Shown: positions 1 through 10,900 of the stretch, one piece after another | Layout: every line of letters begins with the position of its first letter | Position numbering within the stretch: the stretch's first letter is position 1 | Made by a program: the position numbers and the translations under genes | Assembly (NCBI RefSeq): GCF_000315625.1 | Contig: NW_005434597.1 | Span: 113,912-177,911, forward strand | Length of the DNA: 64,000 nucleotides | Direction: 5' to 3' | Source: Guillardia theta CCMP2712 | Taxonomy: Eukaryota > Protista > Cryptophyta | Notes under the pieces: generated by a model | The model's database searches: none | What the model saw: the letters and a program-made list of their open reading frames with translations, nothing else | Told to the model about the DNA's origin: nothing

Positions 1-551
1 GCACCGAGAGAAATCCGTGACCACCGGGTCGCGCTGCTGTCTGTTTCAGATTACTTTGTTCGCTGCATTGTGTTATTCGTGTGGTCGAATGTTATGTCCA
101 ATATCCTACTGAGTTAAGCACCCACACTACACGACACAGGACAGGAGAGGAGAGGAGAGGAGAGGAGAGAGAGAGAGAGAGGAGAGGAGAACAGAGGAGA
201 ACAGAGGATATGAAAGTACAATAGAGAGGAGGAAGAGTATTGGGAGTAAGTTGCGGGATGAGGTTGGTTTGGGTGGCTAGGCACATCTGGGGAAAATTAT
301 GACAAATGGCATACAAAATGGGACATTCAGATGCGGTAGGGATATCCCAGGATGTCAAGAGAGGACTTGATGAAGAAAGGATTCAAAGATCTTATCTGAG
401 AAGTGGATTGTGGTTTTTACCAGCTTCCCTTCAGAGTTCAATATCCTCCCCTCCCCCTTCCTCATGAGCAAATTGACATGACACCATCCTGTATCCACGT
501 GTCACTCGACATTCATTCTGTTCAATCCCATGTCTGACGCTTTTGCACAGC

Positions 552-1810
552 ATGAACATGTCGTCTCCTGCATCACGATCCACTGCGACGCAGCAACACG
601 AGCAGGTCTTGACTCCTCGTCCTGATCGTCCCATTCACCACACCACAGTCCCCCATCAGGGCGGCTGCGCAGCTCTCCCTGTGGAAGAACATCTTGTACT
701 CTGCGGCAGGAGGCGTGGCAGGTCCTCTTGTGTGTTAGAGGGGGGATGGGGGTTGTTGAGCCGTGGGACGCAGGAGCGACCGCCGTGTACCCGCTGGATC
801 TTGCTAAGACGCAGCTCCAGATGGATCACACGGGAAAGTTCAAGGGGCTCGGGGACTGCTTCATGACCATCTTCAAGGAGGGAGGAGTCGGTGGCCTCTA
901 CCGTGGTCTCCCTGCCAACGTGATCGGCATCATGCCGGAGAAGACGATCAAGTTGGCCGGCAACGACTTCTTCCGCAACCTGTTTAAGGTCTGCCGCTTC
1001 CGCTCTCCCCCAGCCGCTCACTGCGTGCACAGGTGGATGACCCTACTGTGTATCCCAAGGGAAACATCATGCTGGAGGGAGCTGCTGGAGGCCTCGCGGG
1101 AGCTTGTCAGATCGTCGTCACTACCCCCATGGAGATCACCAAGATCCGCATGCAGATGTACAAGCCCGCCCCGGGCGAGACGGTGAACCAGATGGCGATC
1201 CTCTCCAAGATGGTGCGCGAGATGGGAATCACGTGCGTTGCCTGCTGCGTCTCGTCCGCGTCTGACGCTCCAGCCCTGCAGTGGGATGTACAAGGGAACT
1301 TTCTCGACCTTCATGAGAGACTGCCCCTTCTCCATCGTCTACTTTTCCCTCTACGGCATCTTCAGAAGAAAGCTCGTTGATGACAAGGGCGCAATCAGCA
1401 GTACGCAATCAGCATTGGGGTTCTTCTCTCCTCACCTGCTCCTGCAGGCTCAGGAGCTCTTATCGCCAGTACCTGCGCTGGTGTCGTCGCTGCAAGCGGG
1501 TCGACTCCCCTGGATGTATGCTGTGCTCCAGCCTCCTCCTCCTGTGACTCGCCCTCTTCAGGTGATCAAGACTCGCCTTCAAGCTGCTCCTGCTCCCGGC
1601 GTCGAGCCGTACAAGGGCTGGCTCCCAACGGTGTGTGAGGAGAGGAGGGAGGAGGAGGAGGAGCTGATGGGTTCACAGGTGGCAAGGATCGCTCGGGAGG
1701 AGGGCGCGATGGCTCTTTTGAAGGGTGTTGGACCGCGTACCATCATCATCAGCCCTCTCTTCGGCATTGCGCTCATGGTCAAGGAGACGCTGGCTCGCAT
1801 CTGGCCTTGA
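552..1810 (+). CDS. Mitochondrial carrier family (SLC25) protein, glutamate or aspartate/glutamate carrier-like; multi-exon
   Basis: Splicing short GT-AG introns (e.g. 606-648, 722-773, 989-1032, 1233-1280) gives three Px[DE]xx[KR] signatures: [20 protein letters not shown] and PLD|VIKTRLQ. Also [21 protein letters not shown] and [10 protein letters not shown]. Stop TGA ends at 1810. Confidence 0.9.
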
Positions 1811-4246
1811 GCGCAGTGAGAGGAAAGGAGGACCGGGGAGGACGGAGATGGTGTGAGTTGGGGAGACGCGAGGCCGACACGTGTCTGCTAGCATTTACAC
1901 TTGATATGTACATGAAGAGCACGTGGCTCATGCGACATGCGCGTCTGCTGTTCGAGGAGAGAGTGGTGCGAAGGGGCTGAGGAAAGTCAAAGGAAGTACC
2001 AAAACACGGACAGCACCTGCTGCTCTGCTCCGTCCCCTCCACCTCCTTGAGAGGCTGCAGCTCGACCGCGTCCCTGACAGGCGTCAGACGCCGATCAGCT
2101 CAAACTTTCCTTCCTCTCACCGGCCGAGGTCTCCCATGGACAAGCCGTCTGTCCTAACGATGCCGAGAGGAAGGCTGAAGGGAGCAAAAGATAAGAAAAG
2201 GTGGTGGGGGAGAAAATTCAGAGACAGAGACAGAGCGATGGCAGGCGAGCAAGAGGAGGTGAAGAGAAATCGGAGACACGAGAAGTAGAACTTACAGCCA
2301 GTATGCCGGATTGTCTCCCATGACAGACTGCGTGTTTCTATACCATCCCACGTCGTACTTGTGCGTTACCTTCACCTGTTGCCTGTCAGTGGAAACCTTG
2401 TGCCTACCACCGCAATGCCTTCTTCTTGCTGTTGCGATTCTTAGAGGCAATGGAGTCAAGTTCGTAGTTCTCTGTCGCCGTCCTGCTCTGCCCTCAGAAA
2501 AGAGCAGGGGCAGGGGCAGGGGCAGGGGCAAGTGCAGGGGCAAGTGCAGGGGCAGGGGCAGCAGTAAGCGGACGAGGACGAGGAAGAGGAAGAGGAGCTG
2601 GAGCTGGAGCTGGAGCAGCAGGTACTGACTGATTCTTCAGGATCAAAAATCCATTCCAGATGCACCTGCGGAGGAGGATCAAAAAACCACACAGAGATCA
2701 GCACAAGGAGAAGTGAGGGTCCACTCACAGTCCTCCTTGCTGCCCACAGGCGTCAGAAAAGCCTCACAGGGGAACGACAAGTACCATCATGGAGAGGACG
2801 AGGACAAGGATGAGCATTCCTAGGACGACTCCCATCCACGTGCCGAGCTGCTGGAGCATCAACTGGAGGAGGGTCAGGTGGGAGAGAGGGGAGGAGGAAG
2901 GCAGTGACGTGTTGCTCCAGCACGTGCGCAAGAAATATAAAAGTCATGATCTGTTGAACAGTCAGAAGGAGGGACGTGTGAGCAAGGGACCGCTGAGAGG
3001 TAGAGAGGAGAACTGGATCGCCAGGATCGTAGGAAGAGGACGATAAGGTAAGGAGGAGGAGGGGAACAAGGAGGAAGGAGGAGGAGACAGAGAGGAGGGG
3101 AGAGAAGAAGGGGGAAAGAGGTACCGAGTAGTACAACGAAGTGATAGTTCCGTAGAAGAGAAACCTGGCGGCCGAATCAAATTTCTTCAACTCCCTATCT
3201 CCTCTAACACCCGCACCCCTCCAATCCTCCACTCCCAGCGATCTCCCTCCTCTCACAGGAAGAAAACTTGTGATTCGCTGCCCCAACGCAATTTTGAACC
3301 CACGGGCCTGCGATAGGAGGTGAGATGGAGGAAGGGAGGGGAGAGGAGGACGGAGAATCGAGTCCCTCACAATGATGATCCATCCGGAGCACACACTTGC
3401 CGCATTGCCGACAGTGAGCAGACCTGCTCGTCCCTCAGAGATCCGAGAAGGAGCAGGGGAAGGGAAGAGGATGGGGATGAAGGGGAAGGGAAGAGGAAGG
3501 GGAGGAGCAGCCGTGAACCTGGGTGGACGTTGGATTTTGCATCTCTTGCAGAATTGACTCTGCGAGGATTTGACGCCCTAAGGGAAACAATCACGAGGAG
3601 GAGGAGGAGGAGGAGGAGGAGGAGGTTTTACCCCTTCCTCCTCAAGCTCGCTTGCGATCTCCTTCCTGTTACAGCATCACTCTCCCGCCTTCACCTCTCC
3701 ACGTCCTCGCTCACGGAGGACTCCAATCTCTCGTCACCGTCCCAGGATCACTGAGCCACCTGCGGGTCTGACTGAGGGCGAGGGGGTCGAGGAGGAGAGA
3801 TAGATCAACGTCTTGAGGTAGGAGGCGACCATGAGCGTGATCAGGACGCCGAACAGCATGGCGTGCAGCATCCCGGAGACGCTGCTGTAAGAATACTTGA
3901 TCGGGATGATGGTGCCCTGCCGCTGCCGTCATGACCGAGGAGAAGGAAATGGGAAAGGAGTCAATGGGGGAAGGGAGGTAAAGGGGGAAAGATGTAGAAT
4001 GGAAGGAGGAAGGGGGAAGGGGGAAAGGCGGGAAGATATGAAGGAAGGCAGCACAAGTTGGCAACGGAGAGGAGGGGCGGAGGGAAGGTCAAGGACAGGA
4101 AGAATGGTTTTACGTAGATGCAGATGGTACATGTGACGAGGATGGTGGTAAGAAAGACTTGCAGACAAACGCCAACTGCGAGCAAATCAGGAGGAGGATG
4201 GGAGGGAGCGGAGAGGACCGCAGAAGTCGCCGTCTTCCTCACTCAT
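1779..4246 (-). CDS. DHHC palmitoyltransferase (zDHHC family); multi-exon; both ends uncertain
   Basis: Spliced minus-strand exons read [12 protein letters not shown]...[17 protein letters not shown]|[14 protein letters not shown]. There are hydrophobic TM segments ([14 protein letters not shown]; [18 protein letters not shown]) and a C-terminal [21 protein letters not shown]|LP..DG (PaCCT-like). Start put at the ATG at 4246 (MSEEDGDF). The last exon boundary is ambiguous. Confidence 0.85.
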
Positions 4247-4606
4247 CCCAGCAGTCACAACCTGATGCTCAGGGGTCAGAAGAAGAGTTTGAGGTATAGA
4301 TCCTGAGAGAGCCCCCTCTTGACGAGCAAGAGCAGCATACCCAGAGATGTTCGATTTCAACCCTCCTTCCGCATTACTGCCGTGACCAGAGCACAATCTC
4401 CCCCATTCCGATTCGAGTTATCCTCCCCTTCCTCTCACTCTCCTTATGTCAATCCTCCACTCCCTTCCTTGTCCCTCCTTTCCTTGACCTCTCCTTCTGC
4501 GTGTGTCTGTCTTTCTCCTCCCTTCCACTCGGAACCTCTCTCCGTCCATTGTCTCCAGGACACTCTTCTCCCCCCCTTTCCCTTCATCTCATCCTGCTCC
4601 TTTCCG

Positions 4607-4683
<77 letters not shown>

Positions 4684-4812
4684 TCCTTCTTCTTATCCTT
4701 CTTCTTATCCTTATCCTTATCCTTATCCTTCTTCTTCTTCTTCTTCTTCTTCTTATCCTTCTTATCCTTCTTCTTCTTCTTCTTCTTATCCTTCTTCTTC
4801 TTGTTATTCTTA
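4607..4812. repeat. Compound microsatellite (TCA)n-(TCT)n-(TTATCC)n between the divergent DHHC and ECD genes
   Basis: Directly visible tandem tri- and hexanucleotide runs; they explain the poly-S/H/I/K spurious ORFs. Confidence 0.95.
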
Positions 4813-4993
4813 TTCTCCTTTTCTCCTCCTCCTTCACCACCACTTCCTCTCGCGCAGACGTAAGGAACCGTGCCATTCTGCCGAAAATGCGCCATAAGCA
4901 TTCCTATCTTGATGTCACGGTGTGGCTCGTAATTCGATTTCCGCTCCACACTGCTCCACAAGTGATGAGGGGGGCTCGCAGACACGTCTGGTC

Positions 4994-7936
4994 ATGCCGG
5001 ACCGGGGGGAGCGGTCGCAAGAGATGGAGGAGGAGGAGGCGGACAAGATGACAGTTCAGGTTCTCCTGCTCTACCACCAGACACCTCTTCCTGCTCTACC
5101 ACCAGACACCTCTTCCTGCTCTACCACCAGACACATCTTGTCTCTCCTGCCTTGCTCGGCTATAATTCGCCATGCCTCGAATTCACATCGCCTTCCCCGC
5201 TCCTTCCCCTTTCCTTGTGACCTTGCTATAGCCATCCCCTGCTTTCGTTTCCTGTGTTTTCCTTCCTTCGACTCTTACTGCCTCGTCTGTCTTTCCACCG
5301 AATAACGTCTTGTTACTTGTCCTGTGAAACAATTTATATCCTCTGCGTCACCATGTTGTGTTTGAAGTTACTTCTAGTTTTTCCTCGTGGGGGCTTCCAA
5401 GGACGATGGACATGTTACATACAAGATACAAGACGACGAGGAGAGCTTGCTGGCGGCTCAAGTTCAGCTCAACCGGAGGATCGACGAGCACGTGAAAGGC
5501 TACTTATGGCAGCAAGACGACTTCAGGCTGGAAGTCGCGAATGGCGACCCAGTCACACCCGGGCATCTCAAGGGGACAGTGAGGTATGGGGACAACGTGG
5601 AGGACGAGTGGCTGTGTATCTCCATCATCTTCCTCCTCACCCAGGGGGAGCGAAACTTGATCGCTAGGGTGTGGGACAGTGACGGGGAGATCCTCCTCAT
5701 CGAGAGCGCTGAGAGCCTTCCCAAGTGGCTCGAGCCAGACACAGCCATCAACCGCGTCTTCGTGCATGCTGGTAAACTTCACATCCTCCCTCGTGACATC
5801 CTGCGCGGAGAGGCTCCTTCCTTGAGAGAAGCCCTCCAAGCGCTGCTCCCCTTCTCCTCCTCCTCGAACCCGCCGACACAGGCAGACGAGCCCGTGCAGG
5901 AGAGCTTGCGAGCAAGAATGCGCGGGTACCCTGAGCGAGCGATTAGAGAGTCCCCTCACCGCAGCTTTTGCTTCCTCCCGCTCTCCATCGCCAAGCTGCT
6001 GCAACGTCGACCTCAGCTTCTCTCCGCTGCTGTCCGCTGCTTCTATGCCCGAGGGCCCGAGGACGTAGACGCGGCCTCCCGGCTGGTGCGTTTGTTGCCT
6101 TCCCCGACGTGCGTGAGCGACTTGCAGGAGAAGTTTGGAGGAGGGCAGAGAGGCTACGTGCAAGTTCGCTTCACTCGCTGCCTGTACGCCCAGCTGGTCA
6201 AGCAGACGTTCTTTGCTCCCCGGGGCTTCCAGCTGCCTGACGAGTAAGACCTCCTCCTCCCCCCTTGCTCCTCGTCCTGAGCCTCCTGCAGGAAAGACCC
6301 GACGTTCCGCTGGCACGAGAACGGCATGAAGCTCACGGCAGCCTTCGAGATGCTCTACCGCCGCAACCCCCTGAGGGAAGAGGAGCCGGCCTGCTTCTCC
6401 TCCTCCCTCCCCCTCCCCCTTCAGCAGCCGCCAGCTGCAGGAAGCAGCACACAGGGAGCTGAGCTGCGAGGGCCGCGATGGGAGCGCTACATGCGGTCGC
6501 TGGAGCGGTTTGGATTCTTTGAGGGGGAACGAGAAGGGTCGAAGAAGCATCGAGAGCTCGTTGCTCAAGCCGCTGCCTTCTTCAGCTCGAGCCGTGCTGG
6601 GGGAGAAGGACAGGAGGGTGTTGCCGAGCTGATGGACTGTTTGATCAAGGAGGAAGAGGGGGAGGAAGGGAGAGAGCTGCTGACGTCAAACCCACGTGCC
6701 GAGGAGGAAGATGCTGAAGATTGGCTTGACATGGGGCCCGAGGACCTCGAGAAGTTACTCTCCTCCTCCGCTCACCGGGGACGAGCAACGGAGGAGGTCG
6801 TGGCTGATGATCTGGTGGAGACCATGCAGGGCTTCATGCAGAAGATCTCTTCCTACGAGGGGGCGGAGGACGCAAAGCGAGGAGAAAAGGCGAAAGGGGG
6901 GGAGAAGGCGGGAGGAAGAGAGGAGAAGAACAAGGATGAGGACGAGGACACCAACGGCGCAGGAGTTGGAGATTTGAACGTCGGAAAGTTTCTAAGCGCT
7001 CTCGGGCGGTCACTGGGAGTGGATGAATGGTTGGAAGACGAGGAGGAGGAGGAGGTCATCTTGTATCTTCCGTTTGCTTCTTCCTCATCGCAGCTTCTCA
7101 CAGATGTCAGGGACGAGCGACGAAGACCTTGACTTCGACGAAGACGAGGAGGGCGGGGGAGAAGGAGACCCTGTCACGGGATCGGAGGTTCGGCAAGCAG
7201 AGGAGAGTTGGGAAGGAATGAAGGGGAGGGGAGGAGACGGAGGGAAGAGACGAGGTGGAGAGTGAGGTGGGGAAAGGAGTAAGAGGGAGGGGAGGGTAGG
7301 AGAGGGAGGGGAGGGAGGGAGAGGGAGGGGAGAGGAGGAAAGGGGAGGAGGAGAGGGTGATGGGAGTGCAGGGGCTGGAGGACTTGAGCATGTCGGACTT
7401 GATGCGGCTGATGGACCGGGAGCTCGCGTGGGTCTCGTTCACTCTCGTTGCCGTCCTGACCTGCTAACAGGGGGAGCGAGAATCTTGTGGGAGACTTCGA
7501 GCGGTTCGGAGGAGAGGAAGGGAAGGGAAGAAGTCAAGGTGGGAAGCAAGCCTCCAGTCGCAGCGGCCCTGCCATGAAGGAGGAGGAAGAGATAGTGGAG
7601 GAGGAGGAGGAGGAGGAGGAGGAGGAGCTGCCTTCGGTGAGTTCTTGTCTTCTTCAACGTTTTAGTGACATTCGGTCAAGGTGAATGTGGAACTGAACCT
7701 CGTCAAGAACATCCTGAGCTCGTACCTCCTCCTCCTCCTCCTGCCCCTCACTCACTCACTCTCGCAGGTTCAAAGCTCAAGCTGGAGCTGCTGGCCCTGC
7801 TTCCAACCTCTACGGCCTGCACGGTGTCCGCTTACCGGAGGATGCAGCAGCAGCCGAGGAGGAGGAGGAGGAGGAGGAAGAGGGGCAAGGGGCAGATGCG
7901 GGGGCAAGGGGAGGTCAGAGTAGGTTGCGAGCGTAG
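4994..7936 (+). CDS. ECD: Ecdysoneless homolog (ECD / SGT1-family, PF07093-like); multi-exon
   Basis: YLWQ..F.L, G..RYGDNVEDEW, IARVWDSDGEILLIESAESLPKWLEPD..NRVF, VRFTRCLYAQL, GMKLTAAFEML and C-terminal NLVKNILSS..AQAGAAGPASNL all match the ECD pattern. First exon (MPDRGERSQEMEEEEADKMTVQ) joins FFLVG in frame via intron 5060-5377. Stop TAG at 7934-7936. Confidence 0.88.
5064..5138. repeat. 25-bp tandem repeat (TCCTGCTCTACCACCAGACACCTCT) x3 in ECD intron 1
   Basis: Three near-identical copies read directly from the sequence. Confidence 0.9.
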
Positions 7937-10900
7937 AAGGCGTTGGTCTTGGGATCAAAGTAGAGGCCCTGCTGAGGCATCAGACAGACAAGAAACTTTC
8001 GCATCCTACCAGGGAAGGGTCGTAGATGAGCTCCAGTGATCGCTCTCCAACTGCCAACCCTCCTCCTGCTCCTTCGACTCCTGCTCCTGCTCCTGCTCCT
8101 GCTCCTCCCTCGCCTCCTCCCTTTCCTGCCGCTGTACATCGATGATCATTCGACCTCGCAGCCGTCACTTCCTCTCGCGAGCTCCGGGAGAAAAATCCAT
8201 GCTTGAGGGAGAGCGCGTTTCCTGCTGTCCCCTCCAGAGCAGGAGGAAGAGGAGGACGGGACTCGCATGTGAGGCTCTCGATCAGGCAGTGATCGTCGTC
8301 CTCGGGATTGTAGCCCCTCGGCGCGCCTGCTCCCTCCTCTTCCCTCTCCTCCACCTGAAGCCCCAGCAGCAGCTGCCGGCTGCCCTGCTGTGACTTGGCG
8401 GGACTTCCAGTCTTCACACTAGAGCAGCTGCCCCGGCTCAGCCCCAGCTGGATGCTCAGACTCGTCCTGTACCTCCGCGCATGCTGCTTGTGCGGAGACG
8501 TGGCCTGGAGGTTGTTAGCAGAGGGAGCACAAGGTGTAGGGGGGGGGAGGAGAGGAGAGGAGAGGAGAGGAGAGGAGAGGAGAGGAGAGGAGAGGAGAGG
8601 AGAGGAGAGGAGAGGAAGGAGAAGAAAGGAAGGAGAGGGTACAGGAGACGCAGGTGAGAGAAAGGAAGGGGGGAAGAGGAAGGAGAGAGAACGAAGGGGA
8701 GGACAGGGGGAAGTACCTGGTTTGGTGGCTTCAAAGCATGTATCAGACGTAGAGCTCCTTCTTCCTTACTATCCTCCTTGCTATCCTCCTCCTCCTCCTC
8801 CTCCTCCTCCTCTTGTCTCTTTTCTTCCTCCCGCTTTTGATGATTGATCGATGACGATCTTTTCTCCTCCTCCTTCTCCTCCTCCTTCTCCTCGTCCGTC
8901 TCCACGCAGGCGCCTCCCTCATCTCGCTTGCTACTCGTCTCCTCCTGTTGGTGGTGCAGCACTGCTTCAATGAAGGCACTCTCCGCCACCTTCAGCTCCT
9001 GCAGCGACTTTCGAAGATCGAGCATGCATCGAGCTCTTCCCAGCGAAGCCTCCAAGCTGTTCCTCTCCTCACTCCGAGCCGCTGCTGGGATTTCAGCTGG
9101 GGAGTCAGCTAGGGGGCTAGACGTCTTCGCATCCTGTAAGTCTCATCGTCACTGGAGGCATCGAGAGCTGTCGCCCTCACCAGCTGGATTATCTCCTCCA
9201 CCGCCTGCCGCATCTTCCGCAGCTTCGCGTCCGCTGGCAGCCGCCAACTGTCAGTGTCCTCATGCCAGCCGACAGCAGTGAGGAGGAAGCGACTGCGAGG
9301 GCAGGATGCGATGCGGGTCTTGAAGGCCTTGTTCTGCTTGGGGATGCTGATGGCGAAATTCAGAGCCAGCAAGCGAGATCGACGCGGGGGAGAGGAGGAG
9401 GAGGAGGAGGAGGAGGAGGAGGAAGGAGAGAAGAGGGACGGAGGGAGGGAGGGAGGGAGGAGACAGAGACAGAGGAGGAAGGAGGCTAACCGTCGGTATT
9501 TGACTCGCGAGGATTGGAAAGGACGTTGTCAAAGTACTTGCGCATGAGTCGAAGACAAGCCATGACAAGCGAGTGAGAGTTGCTGAGGAAGAGGCCCCGC
9601 ACGAGTTCTCCTATCTCCTCCTCCTCTTGCTCCTCCATCTCCTCCTTGACTCGCGCTTTCTCCTCCTCTCCTGTCCTCTCCTCTTCACTTCCCTCCTCTT
9701 CTCTGCCTGCGGCACGTACAGTCTCCCGCTCCTCCTCTTGAATTTCCACGACAGCACCTGAAGTCTCCTTCTCATCCTCTGCTTCTTTCATGTCGGAAAG
9801 ATCGAACTGCTTCGCTCTAGGGACCGCTGCTGCGCTAGCGTCTCCTCTCCCCTCCTCCTCCTCCAGCTCTCGCAGACCTCTGCTGGAAGAGAGGTAGCTC
9901 TGCAACAGACCCATTCGCCCCCCGTGAAATTCCCTCCCGTCCTTGAATCCGTTACAAGTGGAAACCTGGCCCTTCTTCGCCGCCGCCTCCCCCACAGCCT
10001 CGCCTTGGAAGCTATTCTCCTTCTCCCTCCTGTCCTCGGAGCTATCTCTCCCCATACTCCGAGGTTTGATATCCTCCTCCTCCTTCTCTTGTGATCGGAC
10101 CGGCGTCATCATCAGCTGCATCTCATCGCTGACCTCGAGCGACTGCTCTAGCATCTTCAGTCGCCCCCGTCGCTTCCTCTCTGACATGGAGGAGCTTCTG
10201 CTGCTGGAGGAGGAGGCAGAGTCAGGAGAGGAGGAGACAGTGGGCAAGCTCGTGGATTCTGCTGTGCTATAGCTGGACGCAGCAGGAAACAGAGCAGGAG
10301 ACTCGGGGAGCTGGAGTGACCCGCTGGACTCGAGGGTGACGGACAACATCCCTAACCTTCCGCGAAACTTTCCATGCGAGCCAGCAGCCGTCTTCATCTC
10401 CTCCTCCCCATGAAAGCTTTCCTGCAGAGGTGACGTCGGAGAGAGAACAGATGCTTGTGCTAGTGCTAGTGCTGGTGCTGGTGCTGGTGCTGGTGCTGGA
10501 GCTGGAGCTGGAGCTGGAGCTGGTGCTGGTGCTGGTGCTGGTGCTGGTGCTGGTGCTGGTGCTGGTGCTGGTGCTGGTGCTGGTGCTGGTGCTGGTGCTG
10601 GTGCTGGTGCTGGTGCTGGTGCTGGTGCTGGTGCTGGTGCTGGTGCTGGTGCTGGTGCTGGTGCTGGTGCTGGTGCTGGTGCTGGTGCTGGTGCTGGTGC
10701 TGGTGCTTGAGCTTGAGCTCTGTCCTTTCCATCCATCTGGGCACTTGCTCGGAGGAGTTGCTCCTGCTCTCTTGCGCGTGCTCGAAGCTCAAGGACTTTC
10801 TTTCTCAGCTCGTCGATGCTCGCGATCTCTTGCTCGAGCTTCTCCTGCTCGTCAGCCTCGATCGAAGTCCCTGGCGTAGCTTGCTCGCTCCTCTCGTCAA

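Noticed and set aside
4319-5051. ORFs with poly-Ser/His/Ile/Lys/Arg tracts
   Set aside because: Artefacts of the compound microsatellite, which is open in several frames on both strands.
5064-5138. CRISPR-like direct repeats
   Set aside because: Head-to-tail tandem copies with no spacers, inside an intron of a eukaryotic gene.
5504-6568. 354-aa antisense ORF
   Set aside because: Shadow of the GC-rich ECD coding strand, with no recognisable motifs.
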